Assembly (NCBI GenBank): GCA_010405405.1
Contig: MU004230.1
Coordinates: forward strand, 1,584,627 to 1,648,626
DNA from: Microthyrium microscopicum
Lineage: Eukaryota
Direction: 5' to 3'
Length of the DNA: 64,000 nucleotides
Shown here in pieces: positions 39,118 through 52,101 of this stretch. A model generated the notes under the pieces. The model was given only the letters and a program-made list of their open reading frames with translations, searched no databases and was not told where the DNA came from. The position numbers and the translations under genes are program-made. Each line of letters opens with the position of its first letter. The stretch's first letter is position 1.

Positions 39118-41670
39118 TATACCTAATTATAATAAGAATAATATTTAATATAGTTTCTAAGTAATTAAGAAAATTCTTTAATATAGAAGTTTTAATTAAT
39201 ATAATAGTAATATCTATAGTAGCCTATATAACTCTATTTATTATATATTAAGTAGAGTATTTCTAGTACTACTCTACGTAGTAGTATAAAGTAACGCTAG
39301 TAATTAAAAGTATTAAGATTCTAGATAAGTTTATTATTATTCTTAAAGAAACACAATTTAGGAGACTCTTCTATAGGTAATATATTAATTAATAATTTCT
39401 AGTACATATTATTCTTATAGCCTTTAATAATTATTATTTTCTAGGCTTCTTTTATATATATAAGGGTAATATTATAAATATAGACGTTACTTAGTTTCTC
39501 TAAGTTTAGCTCTAACTCTAGATCTAGTCCTATAATTAGTAATCTTAAGAATATATTAGGAATAGTATTTTATTTACCTAGTTTATACTAAATATTAACT
39601 CTAAACTACTATATAAATATACTTACCTTTACTAAGTTTAAATTATTTCTTTCTAGTAATATTAATTTAAGAGAAGTTTATCTTAAAATCTAAGTTATAG
39701 TAGCATAGTCTATAAAAACTATTATCTAAAGATTAGAGGCTTAAATCTAAGCCTTAACTTTACTAACTAACTAAACTAGACCTAATACCTTAAGCTAGGT
39801 TAAGTAATATTATAATTTAGCTAAAGTAAGTATACGTAAGAAAAAGGCTAGTAGTAAGATTTTTAACTACTTAATCTCTTTACTATCTATTAAATCTCTT
39901 TTAACATAGTACTAAATACTACTATAGCCTTTCTTACTTAAATTAACGTCTTTATAAAGGCGCTTATTAGCGTTAAAATAATATAGAATATTTAAAGCCT
40001 TACTTCTTAAGTAAGTTTATAAGGTATTAAATATAAGCCTTAGCTCTAGTATCTCTTTAATATAAATGTAATATATAAATACTATACGTCCTAACTTGCT
40101 CTTAAGTATATCTTTAAGAAGCTTAGTCTCCTTAAGCTTAAGGAACGTAGCTATCTATATATAATAGTAAATTATAATTCTTAGCTATTCTATTGCGCTA
40201 TTAAAGTATTCTAGCTATACTAAAGTCTTTAAAAAGGTAAAAGTAGTTAGAGTAAAGATTTACTTCTCTATATAGCCTATACTAGTTCCTATAACTTACT
40301 TTTCTAGGATTATTACTATAGAGAATCTAATTATTACTTTTTCTACTACTAGCATAATATTATTCTTATTATACTTATTAAGAAAAGTTTTAATATATAG
40401 ATAGTACTCCTTAAATAAAATACTCTTAATAATATAGTTATTAATATAGGCTCTTAGCTAGGCTTAGTAAAGGTAAAAGAGTTAGTTATTATAACGTTAT
40501 ATATAAAGTAAAGAGTTATAGTAGCTTATTAATACTATATTTATATACTCTATACTATAGTATATAATTACTATAAGAAGGTAATAATAATCTCTATTAA
40601 CTATAAACTAGTTAAAAAAACTTTTCTTATTAAAATACATAATATAAGTTTTTCCTTTTAATATTTTATAAACGTCTAATATATCTAGGATTAGGTAGTT
40701 ATTATAGACTATAAGTCTATTTAATTCTCTTATATCTTAAACTAATCTACTTTTATAGGTAATAGTTTTATTAGCCTAGTAGAAATTCTTCTAGATAATA
40801 AATATTAGCTAAGTAAATAGTATAGGGTCCTTCTACTAGTCTATTTTTTTATCTTTATAAGCTTAGTCATAGGTTTTATTAATTAGAGCCTTTTCTATAA
40901 GTTTTACTAAGTATAGTTTATTTCTTAACTTTTAACTTATAGCTATATGCTAATTAATAATTAAAGGAATTTTTAACTAGTCTTTTTCTTTCTACTTAAC
41001 TAGCCTAATATTCTCTAAAAATACCTTTAGATATTATTATAGAATTTTATTATAAGCTTTACATTATGTATTATTTCTAAAAGTTATTATACTAAATAAT
41101 AGTTTTCTAGTATTTTCTAAATCTATATTAAAATATAGTCCTACTTTCTCTACTAGAGTTTATAAACTAGCTAAGTACTAAGAATTAATTTACTCTACGT
41201 TATTTTCTTTAGCTTTTTCTAATATAGTTTAGTTTAGATCTTTCTACCTAAATTTTAGCTACTTCTCTCCTAGTAATATAATATGCTTATTATAAACTTC
41301 TAACTATAGTAATATATCCTACATAGTATCTAATATATTTTATTTATCTATACTCTTAAGTTATAATCTCTTATAAATAAAAACTAGTAGTAAGATTTTT
41401 TAGTTATCTAAAGTTTTTAGTAGCGCTAGCAACTTTTCTAAAATAGCTATATAGTCTATTAAAGCTAAACTTTTTAGTAAGGTTTTTAAAGCTTTAGAAA
41501 TTTCTTAGCATATAAAAGTAGCTTAGGTAGAGATTAGAGGGGCCTACTATAAAGCTATAGAAGCTAAGCTTATTTAAGAAATATCTTTATTACTTATTTT
41601 AGATTTACAAATTTTTAGCTAGGGTATAGAGATTAGCTTAGATAAAGCTAGGATTAGCTACTACTACTCT

Positions 41671-41934
41671 ACTAAAGCTAAGCTTAAAAAAGAATTTAAT
41701 TATAGCTTAATTAGAGCTTACTAAAAATTTTACTATAAAGTAGGGTAGCTTTTAAGTAAAGGTAAAGTAAGCTCCCTAGCTATAACTAAAACTAAGCTTA
41801 AAGAAGAATTTAATTATAGCTTAATTAGAGCTTACTAAAAATTCTACTACAAAGTAGGGTAGCTTTTAGGTAGAGGTAAGATAAGCTCCCTAGCTATAAC
41901 TAGAACTAAGCTTAAAGAAGAAATTAATTATAGC
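41671..41934. repeat. 114-bp (38-codon) tandem repeat, ~2.3 copies, inside the gypsy coding region upstream of RT
   Basis: Unit starts actaaa(g/a)ctaagcttaaa at 41671, 41785 and 41899; copies differ by transitions. Confidence 0.85.
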
Positions 41935-44900
41935 TATAATACGTAGCTTAAGCCTAAAGCTCTTAAAGTAGAGATAGCCTAAAAGTCCTTTAAATTTCTA
42001 TATAATTTTTATATAGTAGAATTATATATAGTAAGTATATATATTTTAGATTAAGCTTAGGCTATACTAGTAGAAATCTTTACTATATTTAAAGTAGATT
42101 ATAAAATTAATAATAAAATAGGTAGCTTAAAAAAAACTAGTTAATTTAATATATCTACTATAATGTTTAATACTTATTAAGTTATACCTATTAAAAGTAT
42201 AATCTTATAAGTAGTAATATATTTATTTTAAGGTACTTAAGAATAATTCTTTATAGTAGAAACTTTTACTATAATATTTATACTTATAGCTAAGTTTCTT
42301 TTAGCGTTAAGTTCTATAGAGCTTCTAATAGCTATAGAGCTTACTACTATAAGTATAAAGTTATTTATATATAGCTTCTTAGGACCTTAAACTAGTACGT
42401 TAAATCTCTAGACGTTAGGATTATTATTTAGTCTTTAATAGAAATAGGCGCCCTCTAGTATAGTAAAAGCTATAAAGAAATAAATAGTAAGTAGTTTATA
42501 AGCTTTATAATCTATAAAGTTCTAAATAAACCTAAGCTTAGAGTTTTAAAAAATAGTTATAAGTTACTATATAGTATTATAAATTTTTAAGAAGTAAGTA
42601 TCTAAGTTAATAATACTTAGTACTATGCCTTCTTACCTACTAAGGAAAAGAAACTAGTAAGAAATAAATAAAAAAGATTTATTAAGAAATAAATATTTTC
42701 TAGCTATAATAATTTTAATTATAACTACTATATAAGGAGAGATTATAATATTAGTTATAGCTTTTATAAGTTATTTAACTTCTACCTATCCTATAGTAAA
42801 TATAATAAGAAAAGTCTAAAAGAATTCTAAGTCCTTTAATCCTCTAGATAAATTTAGTCTCTCTTTAGGCTCTCTAGTTAAGTATAGTAATCTCTTTGTC
42901 TTAAAATCTAATAAAGCTCTAATTAGTTCTAATATATCTATTATAATTAAAAGTAGTCTATCTAAATTCTCTATAACCTAGAACTCTATTTTAAAGTAAA
43001 GTAGCACCTTATCTTCTTAATAATTATATTTATAAATATAGATTAGTAGTTTAATATATAACTTTATCTATATTAGCTTATTATATATATAAAAAGTTAA
43101 TAAAGAACCTTATATTATAATAGTAGCTTCTAGCGCTATTTACTTTAAAGTAATTACTCTAATATAGCTAGGCATAGTATTACTATTTACTATAAGCTTA
43201 TAAAGAGTAGCGTTATATTTAAAAGAGATTAGCATAGTAGCATAATAATAGCGCTTAAAGTTTTTGCCTTTTATTAATACTAGTTTTTAAGTTAGCTTAA
43301 TAATTTTAACTCTAGCGTTAATAGCTATATAATTAACTTTTATTATTATTTACTATATATTTACTATAGTAAACTTTACTACTCTAAGCTTATTTTCTTT
43401 ATATTAGTATAACTTACTTAAGTAATAGAATAAAGCATTATATAAGTTAAAAGTTATATAATAGCTTTAGTATTTATAAACTTATAAAGTATCTATATTT
43501 ACTATCTAAGATACTAAGTTTATATAGTAGCCTTCTCCTTTAGATTTATAGACGTCCTCTAAGTCTAAGGCCTTATTATTATTTTTATAGTCTAAGTACT
43601 AATCTTAATCTTAGCTATATTACTCCTAATCTATAAAGTTTTACTCCTTAGATTAATTTCTATCTACTTCTATATAGCCTTAGCTTCTATTCTATACTTC
43701 TAGCTCCTAAGTATTACTTATATAAAAGACTTATAAATATTTATTAAATAGCTTACTATTAAGAGTAGTACGTTTTTAGGAGTTCTTAGTAAACTCTCTT
43801 AGTAGGTTTATACTATTAAGATATTTCTATAGTTACTAATTTAAGTTCTCCTAATTATTTATTATATTTTTACTTTTTTAATATAATATTTATACTTACT
43901 AGTAGTTTTAGTTAGAGTTTTAATTTACTTTATTATAATAACGCGTATATTAACTATTACTTAACTAATTATTCTAGTTATAGTATAAGGAAAAATTTAC
44001 GCTTCTAGAATTTAAATAATTAGAACTTATATAGAGTTTTATAAATAACTTATAATATAGTATAGAGTTTAAAAATCTATACTTTAACTCTTTAAAATAG
44101 CGTATAGCTAACTCTTACTATATATCTTTTCTACTTATTAGGATCTATATCTAATTACTAATATTAGTACTATAAACTAGCTTTAGTATTTTATATTATA
44201 ATTTAATATTAAGTTTATTCTAAGCCTAGCATAACTAATTATAATCTTTAAAATTAGCATTGCTTACTTTTTAATAAACCTATCTAAACTATCTAATAAG
44301 TCTTTATTTCTCTACTATATTTTATAAAGAGTAAATTAAAGCTATATTTAAGGCAAGTTCTTTTATAGCCTAATTTTAGTTAAGTATAAAGTTTTATAAT
44401 AACTAGTTCTTCTAATTATTAATTACTAAGCCTTCTTAAAGCTTTAATTATTATATTAAACTTAATAATATATAAAGTTTAAGTATAGCGCTACGTAAGT
44501 ACTTAAAAACTCTTATATATATAATATAGGAAAGACTTTATAAAGTAGCATCCTAAAATTAATCTATAAATATATAAATATCTTAAAATATAACTTTACC
44601 CTTAATTATAAAGAAGTCTAAATTACTAAAGCTCTAAAGATAGTTAGGCTAAAAGTTTTTAACCTATCTAGCTTTAAACTTCTTATAATAGCCTCTCTCC
44701 TTATTATCTTTAGGATTACCTTAAGATTACGTATTTTAATTATAGTTCCTAGTTTTAAGCCTATCTAATAAAACTTTAATTAAGTATAGAATTACTAAAA
44801 AGAAATTAAGGTTATTATTTACTAGCTATAGAAACGTATTATTACTATATTTTAGAAATATATTTCTTAGTATACTTTCTATATAGGCTATCTCTACCTA

Positions 44901-47296
44901 CGTCTCTATATAAGAAACTTATACTCTTTTAGCCTATAGTATAAAAGTTAGCTAAGGAAGAAATTGCCTAATAACTCTTAGCTAAGACTATAATTAATTT
45001 ATTCTAGAAGCTTAACCTCTAAAAAAATAAAAAGAAGTATCTATATAAAATAGAGTTAGTAAACTTATAACTTTCTTTATAAATTCTACTTCTAACCTTA
45101 TATTCTTTTACTCTAATACTTCTATATATTATTATATTTACTTAATTAAAGTTTATAGCTTCTCTCTATTATTAGTATTAAAGAATAATATTATATTTAA
45201 TATAAGCTAAGAAAAACTTTACTTATCTTCTAGCTTAGTTTCTAACTATACTAGTTAGCTTAGAAAAAACTCTAGTATTAGGGTACGTCTAGTATATAAT
45301 AAATCTAGAGGTAGTCTACCTACTAATACTAAAGATAAGATAGTCTCTAACTCTATAGTAGTTAATATAAGATCTATTAAATTAATTTACTAATATAGAG
45401 TAAAAGCTATAGATACTAATTACTCTATTATATATTATAGTATTATATTTCTAATAATAGGCTAAGGTATTAAGACTTAATTCTTTACTTAGTCCTTTAC
45501 GTTTACTAATAAGATTATAGAAATAGCTTATATTACTAATCTAGCTCTTATTTCCTTTAGATTAAGAATTAGTCTTTAAAGTAAATAGACTAAAGCCTAT
45601 ATAAGTAGTAGTAATTAAACTTATAGTCCTAAAAGATACTAAACTTTTTTTACCTAATTATTAATTTCTTTTCTCTCTACTTTAAAGTTCTACTTTAAAA
45701 CTATAAAGCTAGTAGCGTTTATATTAATAAGCTAAAGATTATTAAAATTCTTAAGTAGCTTTTTATATTTCTTATAGCTATTAACTAAAGCCTAACTATA
45801 GATCTAGTATCTTTATACTTTTTATTCCTTACTTAGTAGTAGAAGCATAAAAACTAAAAACTCTTTCTTTCCTTAAGACTTTCTAAGTTAACTTTATAAT
45901 TCTTTTTTATATAGATTTTATAGCTCTTAATAAGAGAGCTAAAAGTTTTTAAAGTAATTTTTTTCTAGATTATTTACTACTAGCTCTTTTAGGCTAATAA
46001 GATCTAGCTTATCTCTTAGTAAGCTAATATTCCTACTATAAATAATAAACTACGCCCCTATTAATTTAGGAATATTATTTATATTTAGGTTATTAATAAT
46101 AATAAGGGGAAATTCTTTGCTAGCTAAAAATTTTTAGAGCTAGACTTAGAAGTTTAAAAACTCTAAATAGTACTCTAGCTACTTATAGTAAGTAACTTTA
46201 CCTATATTTATAGGAGCTAAAAGAGATCCTTTACTAGTAGTAAACTTTAGTTACTAGTTAAGTAAGCCTACTATAAACCTATAAGCTTATAGTTTTTTAT
46301 AGCTAAAAGTTTTATTATACTTTTAAAGTATTAAAAAGGTACCTCTACTAGTAATTCTTTATTAGAAGAAAGTTAGAAGTAATAATTATAGCTAAACTAG
46401 TAGAAAGTTTTAATAAAGAAATACTTTAGTAGTTATTTAGCATTAATAAAAAATCTATTAGTATAGTAGATAATTTTTAAGTATAGTTAAGAATTATAGC
46501 TAGGTAGCTACTATGCTAACGCTATAGAGAGAATCTTATTATGTTTACTAATATACTAATAACTATTAAACTTTTAGAAAAGTTAGAGTCTAAAAGCTAA
46601 AAAGATTTTATTAAAGTCTAATTAGAAAATAGTATAAGAAAGAGAGATACTATAATAGTAATATAAATAAAGGAGTTATATAAAAAGATAGATAAAAAGT
46701 TATTATAATAAAAGATAATAAAAAGTAGTTATTAAAAATAATAATAAGAGAGTAATAGTCTAAGAAGATAATAAAGGTTAAGGTAAAAGTAACTTATTAA
46801 GAATTAGGCTACCTATTTTAAAAGTTATTACTAGAATAACTATACTATAGTTAAAAGTTTAGTAAGGCAATTAGTCTTACGTAGTAAAAACTTTATAGAC
46901 TTAGTAAGTATATATACTAATTTATAAAGAGTATAGTAGTTTTAGAGGAAGAGCTAGTAGTAATATATTAGTAACGCTTTAAATACGCTATAAGTATCTC
47001 TAATACCTATAGGGTAGGTAGTTATATATAGTATTATTTTTATAGTAGATAAAAAGAGTATAAGTAAAGAAAATAAGGTTATTAAGAAGAATATAAGGTA
47101 TTTAGTTAATCTAGGCTATTATACTCTCTAGAAAACTAAATTTTATAATAATGCTCTTACGAAGAGAGGAAAGAGTTATATTTAGTAATTAATTATTAAT
47201 CCTTTAACGCGCGTATCTTTAAAGTTAGATTTAATCTTTTAATAGTTAAGATAATAACTAGCGTCTTAATATTTAGAGTAGCTTATTACTACTATC

Positions 47297-47436
47297 TAAA
47301 AAGGTATAATATAAATCATATAGTAGTAGTAAGATAGTATTATTAGAGTCCTCCCTCTAAGGGAGAATATATAAGCTAAGACTACCTACCAAAGATACCC
47401 CAACGCCTTACCCTTTTGGGAAGGCATCCCGTATCA
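47297..47436 (-). repeat. LTR (5' LTR of the minus-strand gypsy element)
   Basis: taaaaagg...cccgtatca; ends in CA and begins TA (RIP form of TG); followed by TSD GACGG. Confidence 0.9.
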
Positions 47437-48431
47437 GACGGACGGACTAGCAACCTTATTTTCACTGCCAGCAGCATTATTCCAATGTATAGAGGTATTA
47501 AGGGTTCGGCTGGCAATCAATCCTGATCACTGTACCGGGTAGGACTTGTCGAAATGTATGAAGGTAGGGCTTCCACTTGATATTCCGCTGTTCTATTTCG
47601 GCCAGACTTCTAAATGCAGAGGTGGAGAGTAAATGATTGTCCGGAGTGATTCCCACCAATCTGTGGAGCGGGATCATATATATTGGTATCTTCGCAATGA
47701 ACTCGAAGCTTTAGGTTCAATGATCCACACCTTATTTGCTTATAATTGCTTACCATGCTCAGGAATAGGATTCAGTAGCATAGTAGCAATCAGAGACCAA
47801 AATCTCCATAAGATTGAGTCTCCACCTCCTATTTGCCATAAAGTTGAATGCTTACCTTGTATATCACCCTGCAATCCTCCATTGTTCTCCGTGTTGACTT
47901 CAGCATCCCACTTGGCGCAGACAATATCGACATTTTGGCTTCATTCTCTTTCATGTGATATCTGTCAAAAGCAGTTGACTTTGAATCAACAAAAACATGT
48001 TCATTGTGGGAAGAAATAGAGCCATTAGTTGTTCGAGCTCAAAGGACTCATGAGTCTTGTCGGTGGATCATCCTATTCCTGCCTGGCATCCTGGATACAG
48101 TAAAGTATTGGCCCATTACGAACAATGTGAAAAATCGACGATTTACCAACTTCATCTTGCTGAGTCCTGCGACATAAAATTTCAAATCATTATTTACACA
48201 ATTGCTGAAATGTCCTTCTTTTCAAAAAGAGTACAATCTGAATGTCCTTGGAGCCTTATAGCCTGAAGTTACTCTAGCGTCATTGACTCGGTAATGACGA
48301 CGAGGCGTAGCGTACTCTTCAACCTTTGAGATGTTTTCCAGCCTCCAGGCCATCAATTGAAATTCAACCAGTATTTCTGTCGATTCCTTTTCAGCATTCA
48401 TAACTTGAAAGTTGGTAGTCTTGTATGGAAA

Positions 48432-49394
48432 ATGACTCCAGAGACCGGCAAAAAGCGAACTCTTGACGCGTTCTTCGCGCCAACACCATCCAAGAAAGTA
48501 CGCGTCTCGGAAACCTCAGCTCCTCCAACAACTCATGAAGCATATCCATTTCCAATCTCTCAATTGCCAACTGAACTTGTGGATACATTGGGATTCTCTC
48601 CAGAAAATGAAGGCGAAGTCATCAACAATCAGCCTCATCTAGATCTACTCTACTTCAAGCCTTATATTCCAAAATCCATCACCAGCGAACTCTTCACGTT
48701 CTTACGCTCTGAACTGCCATTTTACCGCGTCAAGTATACCATCAAGCGATACGGTGTCTCAACAGACATTAACACGCCGCGATACACGACTGTTTTTGGC
48801 ATAGACAACACTACTCGATTTGATAATGATGGAAACCCTATAGATGCCAAAACTGAACGTCTCCTCCCGTCGAATCACTTTCGCTGCAAGCCTAGGCCGA
48901 TACCAGAATGTTTGGAAGCTCTACGCAGAGTCACTGAAGGCACCACTGGACAAACTTTCAACTTTTGTCTCGTGAATTACTACGCCACTGGTGATGATAG
49001 TATCTCCTATCATTCTGATGATGAACGATTTCTAGGAACCAATCCTGCCATCGCATCATTTTCACTCGGGGAGCCGCGAGATTTTCTCTTGAAACATAAG
49101 CCACCAGCTACAGGGAAGTCGGAAGGGAAACAAGCAGTATCGAAGCCCTTGAAATTTACTCTTGGTGCCGGAGACATGATTTTGATGAAAGGAGAAACCC
49201 AAGCAAATTGGTTACATAGTATACCAAAACGCAAAGGTATCGAGGTTGGGAAAGGGCGCATCAATATAACCTTTCGCAAGGCAATGGTGAAGGAAGGCAC
49301 TGAGAACTATTACAACTATAATGTTGGCAATGGTCCAGTCCACAAATGGGATTCAAGTCGAAAAGAAATGGTTCCCTGGACCGCGAGTTCTTGA
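48432..49394 (+). CDS. AlkB-family 2OG-Fe(II) dioxygenase (ALKBH2/3-like DNA repair)
   Basis: FNFCLVNYYATGDDSISYHSDDE (HxD), IASFSLG..RDF, WLHSIPKR and RINITFR; intronless. Confidence 0.9.
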   Translation: MTPETGKKRTLDAFFAPTPSKKVRVSETSAPPTTHEAYPFPISQLPTELVDTLGFSPENEGEVINNQPHLDLLYFKPYIPKSITSELFTFLRSELPFYRVKYTIKRYGVSTDINTPRYTTVFGIDNTTRFDNDGNPIDAKTERLLPSNHFRCKPRPIPECLEALRRVTEGTTGQTFNFCLVNYYATGDDSISYHSDDERFLGTNPAIASFSLGEPRDFLLKHKPPATGKSEGKQAVSKPLKFTLGAGDMILMKGETQANWLHSIPKRKGIEVGKGRINITFRKAMVKEGTENYYNYNVGNGPVHKWDSSRKEMVPWTASS

Positions 49395-49749
49395 ATTCAA
49401 GAACCAGTTGGAGTCGGCATGCTTTGTTGCTTGGGCTAGTGGGCTCTCTCTCTATATCAAGAGTCTGAGGCTTGCATGAAATCGAAGTCAAAATACAACT
49501 AATTTAATTAGCATACACTCACTTCTCAAATAACCAAGGTGATGGCATGAGGTATCGCATCAAGTGGCTGTTGCCATCTGAGGGGTTCTCCACTTAGGAT
49601 GATCTCATCCGGAGCTTCGTTGCGATATAAAAACTGCTACTTGCTAGCAATTGGTATTAGTTCTTTAAAAAGATCTCAAACCCTGTTCATAAATCCTGCT
49701 TGTGTCAATTGCCTCCATATTCCACATTGAATTTACATCTCCAACCACA

Positions 49750-50895
49750 ATGGCATCCTCGTCCTCCCAAAGCCCTCTTGCTCGTTATCGCCAATTGGCG
49801 CCCACAGCATCAGTGCGAGTATCTCCTTTGTGTTTAGGTGCTATGACATTTGGCGAACATCAGAAAGAACGATATGGAGAAGTGACTAAAGCAACAGCCT
49901 TCGACATCCTGAATCACTTCTACGACAACGGCGGCAATTTTATTGATACTGCAAACACATATCAGCATGGCCAATCTGAGGAATGGCTCGCTGAATGGAT
50001 GATCAACCGAGGCAATAGAGATGAAATCGTGCTTGCCACTAAATATACTTCACCATGCGAGACTCATCATGCGAAAAAGATTCAAGCAAATTTTGGAGGC
50101 AACGGCACAAAGTCGATGAAGATCGCCCTCGAAGCTTCCCTGGCCCGCCTGAAAACAACTTACATTGACCTCTTTTACGTTCACTGGTGGGACTACACAA
50201 CTACGATTTCAGAACTGATGCATAGCCTGAACGATCTGGTTGTTGCCGGTAAAGTGCTCTATCTTGGAATCTCAGATGCTCCAGCTTGGGTAGTCTCGAA
50301 AGCCAATGAATACGCACGCTGTAACGGATTACGTCAATTCGTCGTGTACCAAGGGATGTGGAACTGTGGCATGCGAGACTTTGAAAGAGATATCATCCCG
50401 ATGTGTCGTGCCGAGGGAATGGGATTATGTCCATATGGCGTTTTAGGCCAAGGAAGGTTTCAGACGGAAGCTGGCTTCCGCGAGCGCGAGAAGAACCCCG
50501 AAGGACGGAATTTGATACCATTGTCCGACCATGACAAGAAAATCTCTCGAGTTCTGGAAGACATTGCCAAGGCCAAAGACGTGGAAATTCTCAATATTCC
50601 ACTCGCATACGTGCTTCAGAAGACACCTTACGTATTTCCCATCGTCGGCGGACGGAAAGTTGAGCACTTCAAGGGCAGCATTGCAGCATTAAAGGTCTCA
50701 CTATCTGAAGAGGACGTAAAGAAGATTGAATCAGCGTACGATTTCGATTACGGGTTCCCCCACACTTTCCTAAGTGGCACGATGTTTGATCTGTCAACAC
50801 CAAGGAACGCAGAAGGCCCGGGAGACGTGTGGTTAACAAAGGCGTTGGGAACCTTTGATTGGGTCGAACAGCCAAAAGCATTGAGACCAAATTGA
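49750..50895 (+). CDS. Aldo-keto reductase, aryl-alcohol dehydrogenase / norsolorinic acid reductase-like
   Basis: VRVSPLCLGAMTFG, GGNFIDTANTY, VLATKY, YIDLFYVHWWD, GKVLYLGISDAPAWVVSKAN and VFPIVGGRK. Confidence 0.92.
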   Translation: MASSSSQSPLARYRQLAPTASVRVSPLCLGAMTFGEHQKERYGEVTKATAFDILNHFYDNGGNFIDTANTYQHGQSEEWLAEWMINRGNRDEIVLATKYTSPCETHHAKKIQANFGGNGTKSMKIALEASLARLKTTYIDLFYVHWWDYTTTISELMHSLNDLVVAGKVLYLGISDAPAWVVSKANEYARCNGLRQFVVYQGMWNCGMRDFERDIIPMCRAEGMGLCPYGVLGQGRFQTEAGFREREKNPEGRNLIPLSDHDKKISRVLEDIAKAKDVEILNIPLAYVLQKTPYVFPIVGGRKVEHFKGSIAALKVSLSEEDVKKIESAYDFDYGFPHTFLSGTMFDLSTPRNAEGPGDVWLTKALGTFDWVEQPKALRPN

Positions 50896-52101
50896 GGTCG
50901 TGAAGTCGTATGCTACCTCGAGCTAGACGGAACGGGTCTCGAGGATGGTATACGGAGTTGGCTGTCGGTCTTGAGAAGCCCAGATCTACAGATATAGGCG
51001 CGTCGTAGACTCATGCCTCGGCGGACACCTTCTGCTGGATTGTGACAAGCAGCGGAGCCACATATCAGGGCAACAAAGAGAAAAGAATAGTAATTGAGCA
51101 TGACAAACAAAAGGAAATGTGTTGAGATCGTCTCCTGAACTTAGTCTTTCCATAGGTTCACCGTCCAAGCGCCTTCTAACTTCGGAACGGCCCGCTTCTA
51201 AACAAGCCACCAGATCAGTCTATCTAACTTAAGTCAACTCCCACAGAACAAGTTTGATTTATTTTCTTAAATTGTAGTCTAGACTAGGAAATAATCCTCG
51301 CCCGGGGTTCGAGTTGAAGTTGGCTAGGCGGCTACATTGTCGGCTAGCTCACCAGGAGAACAAAGATCAAAGGCGGGAAGACGACATGCGGAATGCTCAT
51401 CAGCCCTGGGACCGACTACAAATCGGGAGCTCTGTACTGGAAGGCTTAGACGCTACTGGACTATCGATGGCATGATTTGCATCTATCATCTGCATTACTG
51501 TCCGTTAATGGAATTGCGTTATGTTGATTCCACCAACAGATCAAAGCTGTAGCCGCCACCTGTTTTGCCCAATATTTTGTCTGTACTCAACCAACTAGGT
51601 AGTTACAACTTACTGCTCAAATGCTCATTGACTATTGGTCTTGATCAAGTGATAAGATTCTTGCGCTTGGGAGACTCGCGTTTAAATAGTCTGGTCGTCG
51701 AAATAGCCGGTCCCAGATAGTGACGATGTCCATTGATAGCTCTGCAGGAAACGCTTGCAATTAAAACCCAGCATTCCAAGATTGGACAAAGCTGGTTTAG
51801 CTTGAACCAACCCTGAGCTGAGCGGCATATGATTCGATCTTCGCGATGCTCCTTGTTCTTCGAGTGTTCTTTGTTTCAACCTCAAAATACCTTCATTGTC
51901 TATCGTGAGCGCACTGACTCTATCATCTCTCACTAAACACTTACAACCCCAACACCTCGAGTACTTTATCTGCCTTGCTAAGCCTTCAATCTCTATTAAC
52001 TAAAACAGTCGAACCCCCTTTTCCTTCCACAAGGCTGTCTTATCCTCCACAACCGCGACCGTTGCGACTCAATATCGTGCGCAAAGGCAGATTCGGAATA
52101 C

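Larger units (their letters stand above)
30525..47436 (-). mobile_element. RIP-inactivated Ty3/gypsy chromovirus-type LTR retrotransposon (~9.8 kb) containing a nested LINE
   Basis: 140-bp direct LTRs and 5-bp TSD GACGG (30520-30524, 47437-47441). De-RIP minus-strand motifs: gag-like CLRGAA (~44490), RT LRAYIDD (40437-40448), RNase H (DVDSSK, TDHA, HKPGKQN..PD..SRL, ~39540-39980), integrase HHCC (~39125-39245), core DFIVKLP / IISDRDPKF / YHPQTDGQSE (~31600-31900), chromodomain EYF.KW..Y...TWEP (~30850-30930). Confidence 0.9.

Noticed and set aside
30525..47436. Starship/giant cargo element, viral or organellar insert, or alternative genetic code for the AT-rich block
   Set aside because: No tyrosine-recombinase captain seen; TpA excess, LTRs, TSDs and gypsy/LINE motifs account for it as RIPed retroelements.
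47633..48266. Short ORFs and exon-like fragments next to the right LTR
   Set aside because: No recognisable motif or consistent gene model on either strand.
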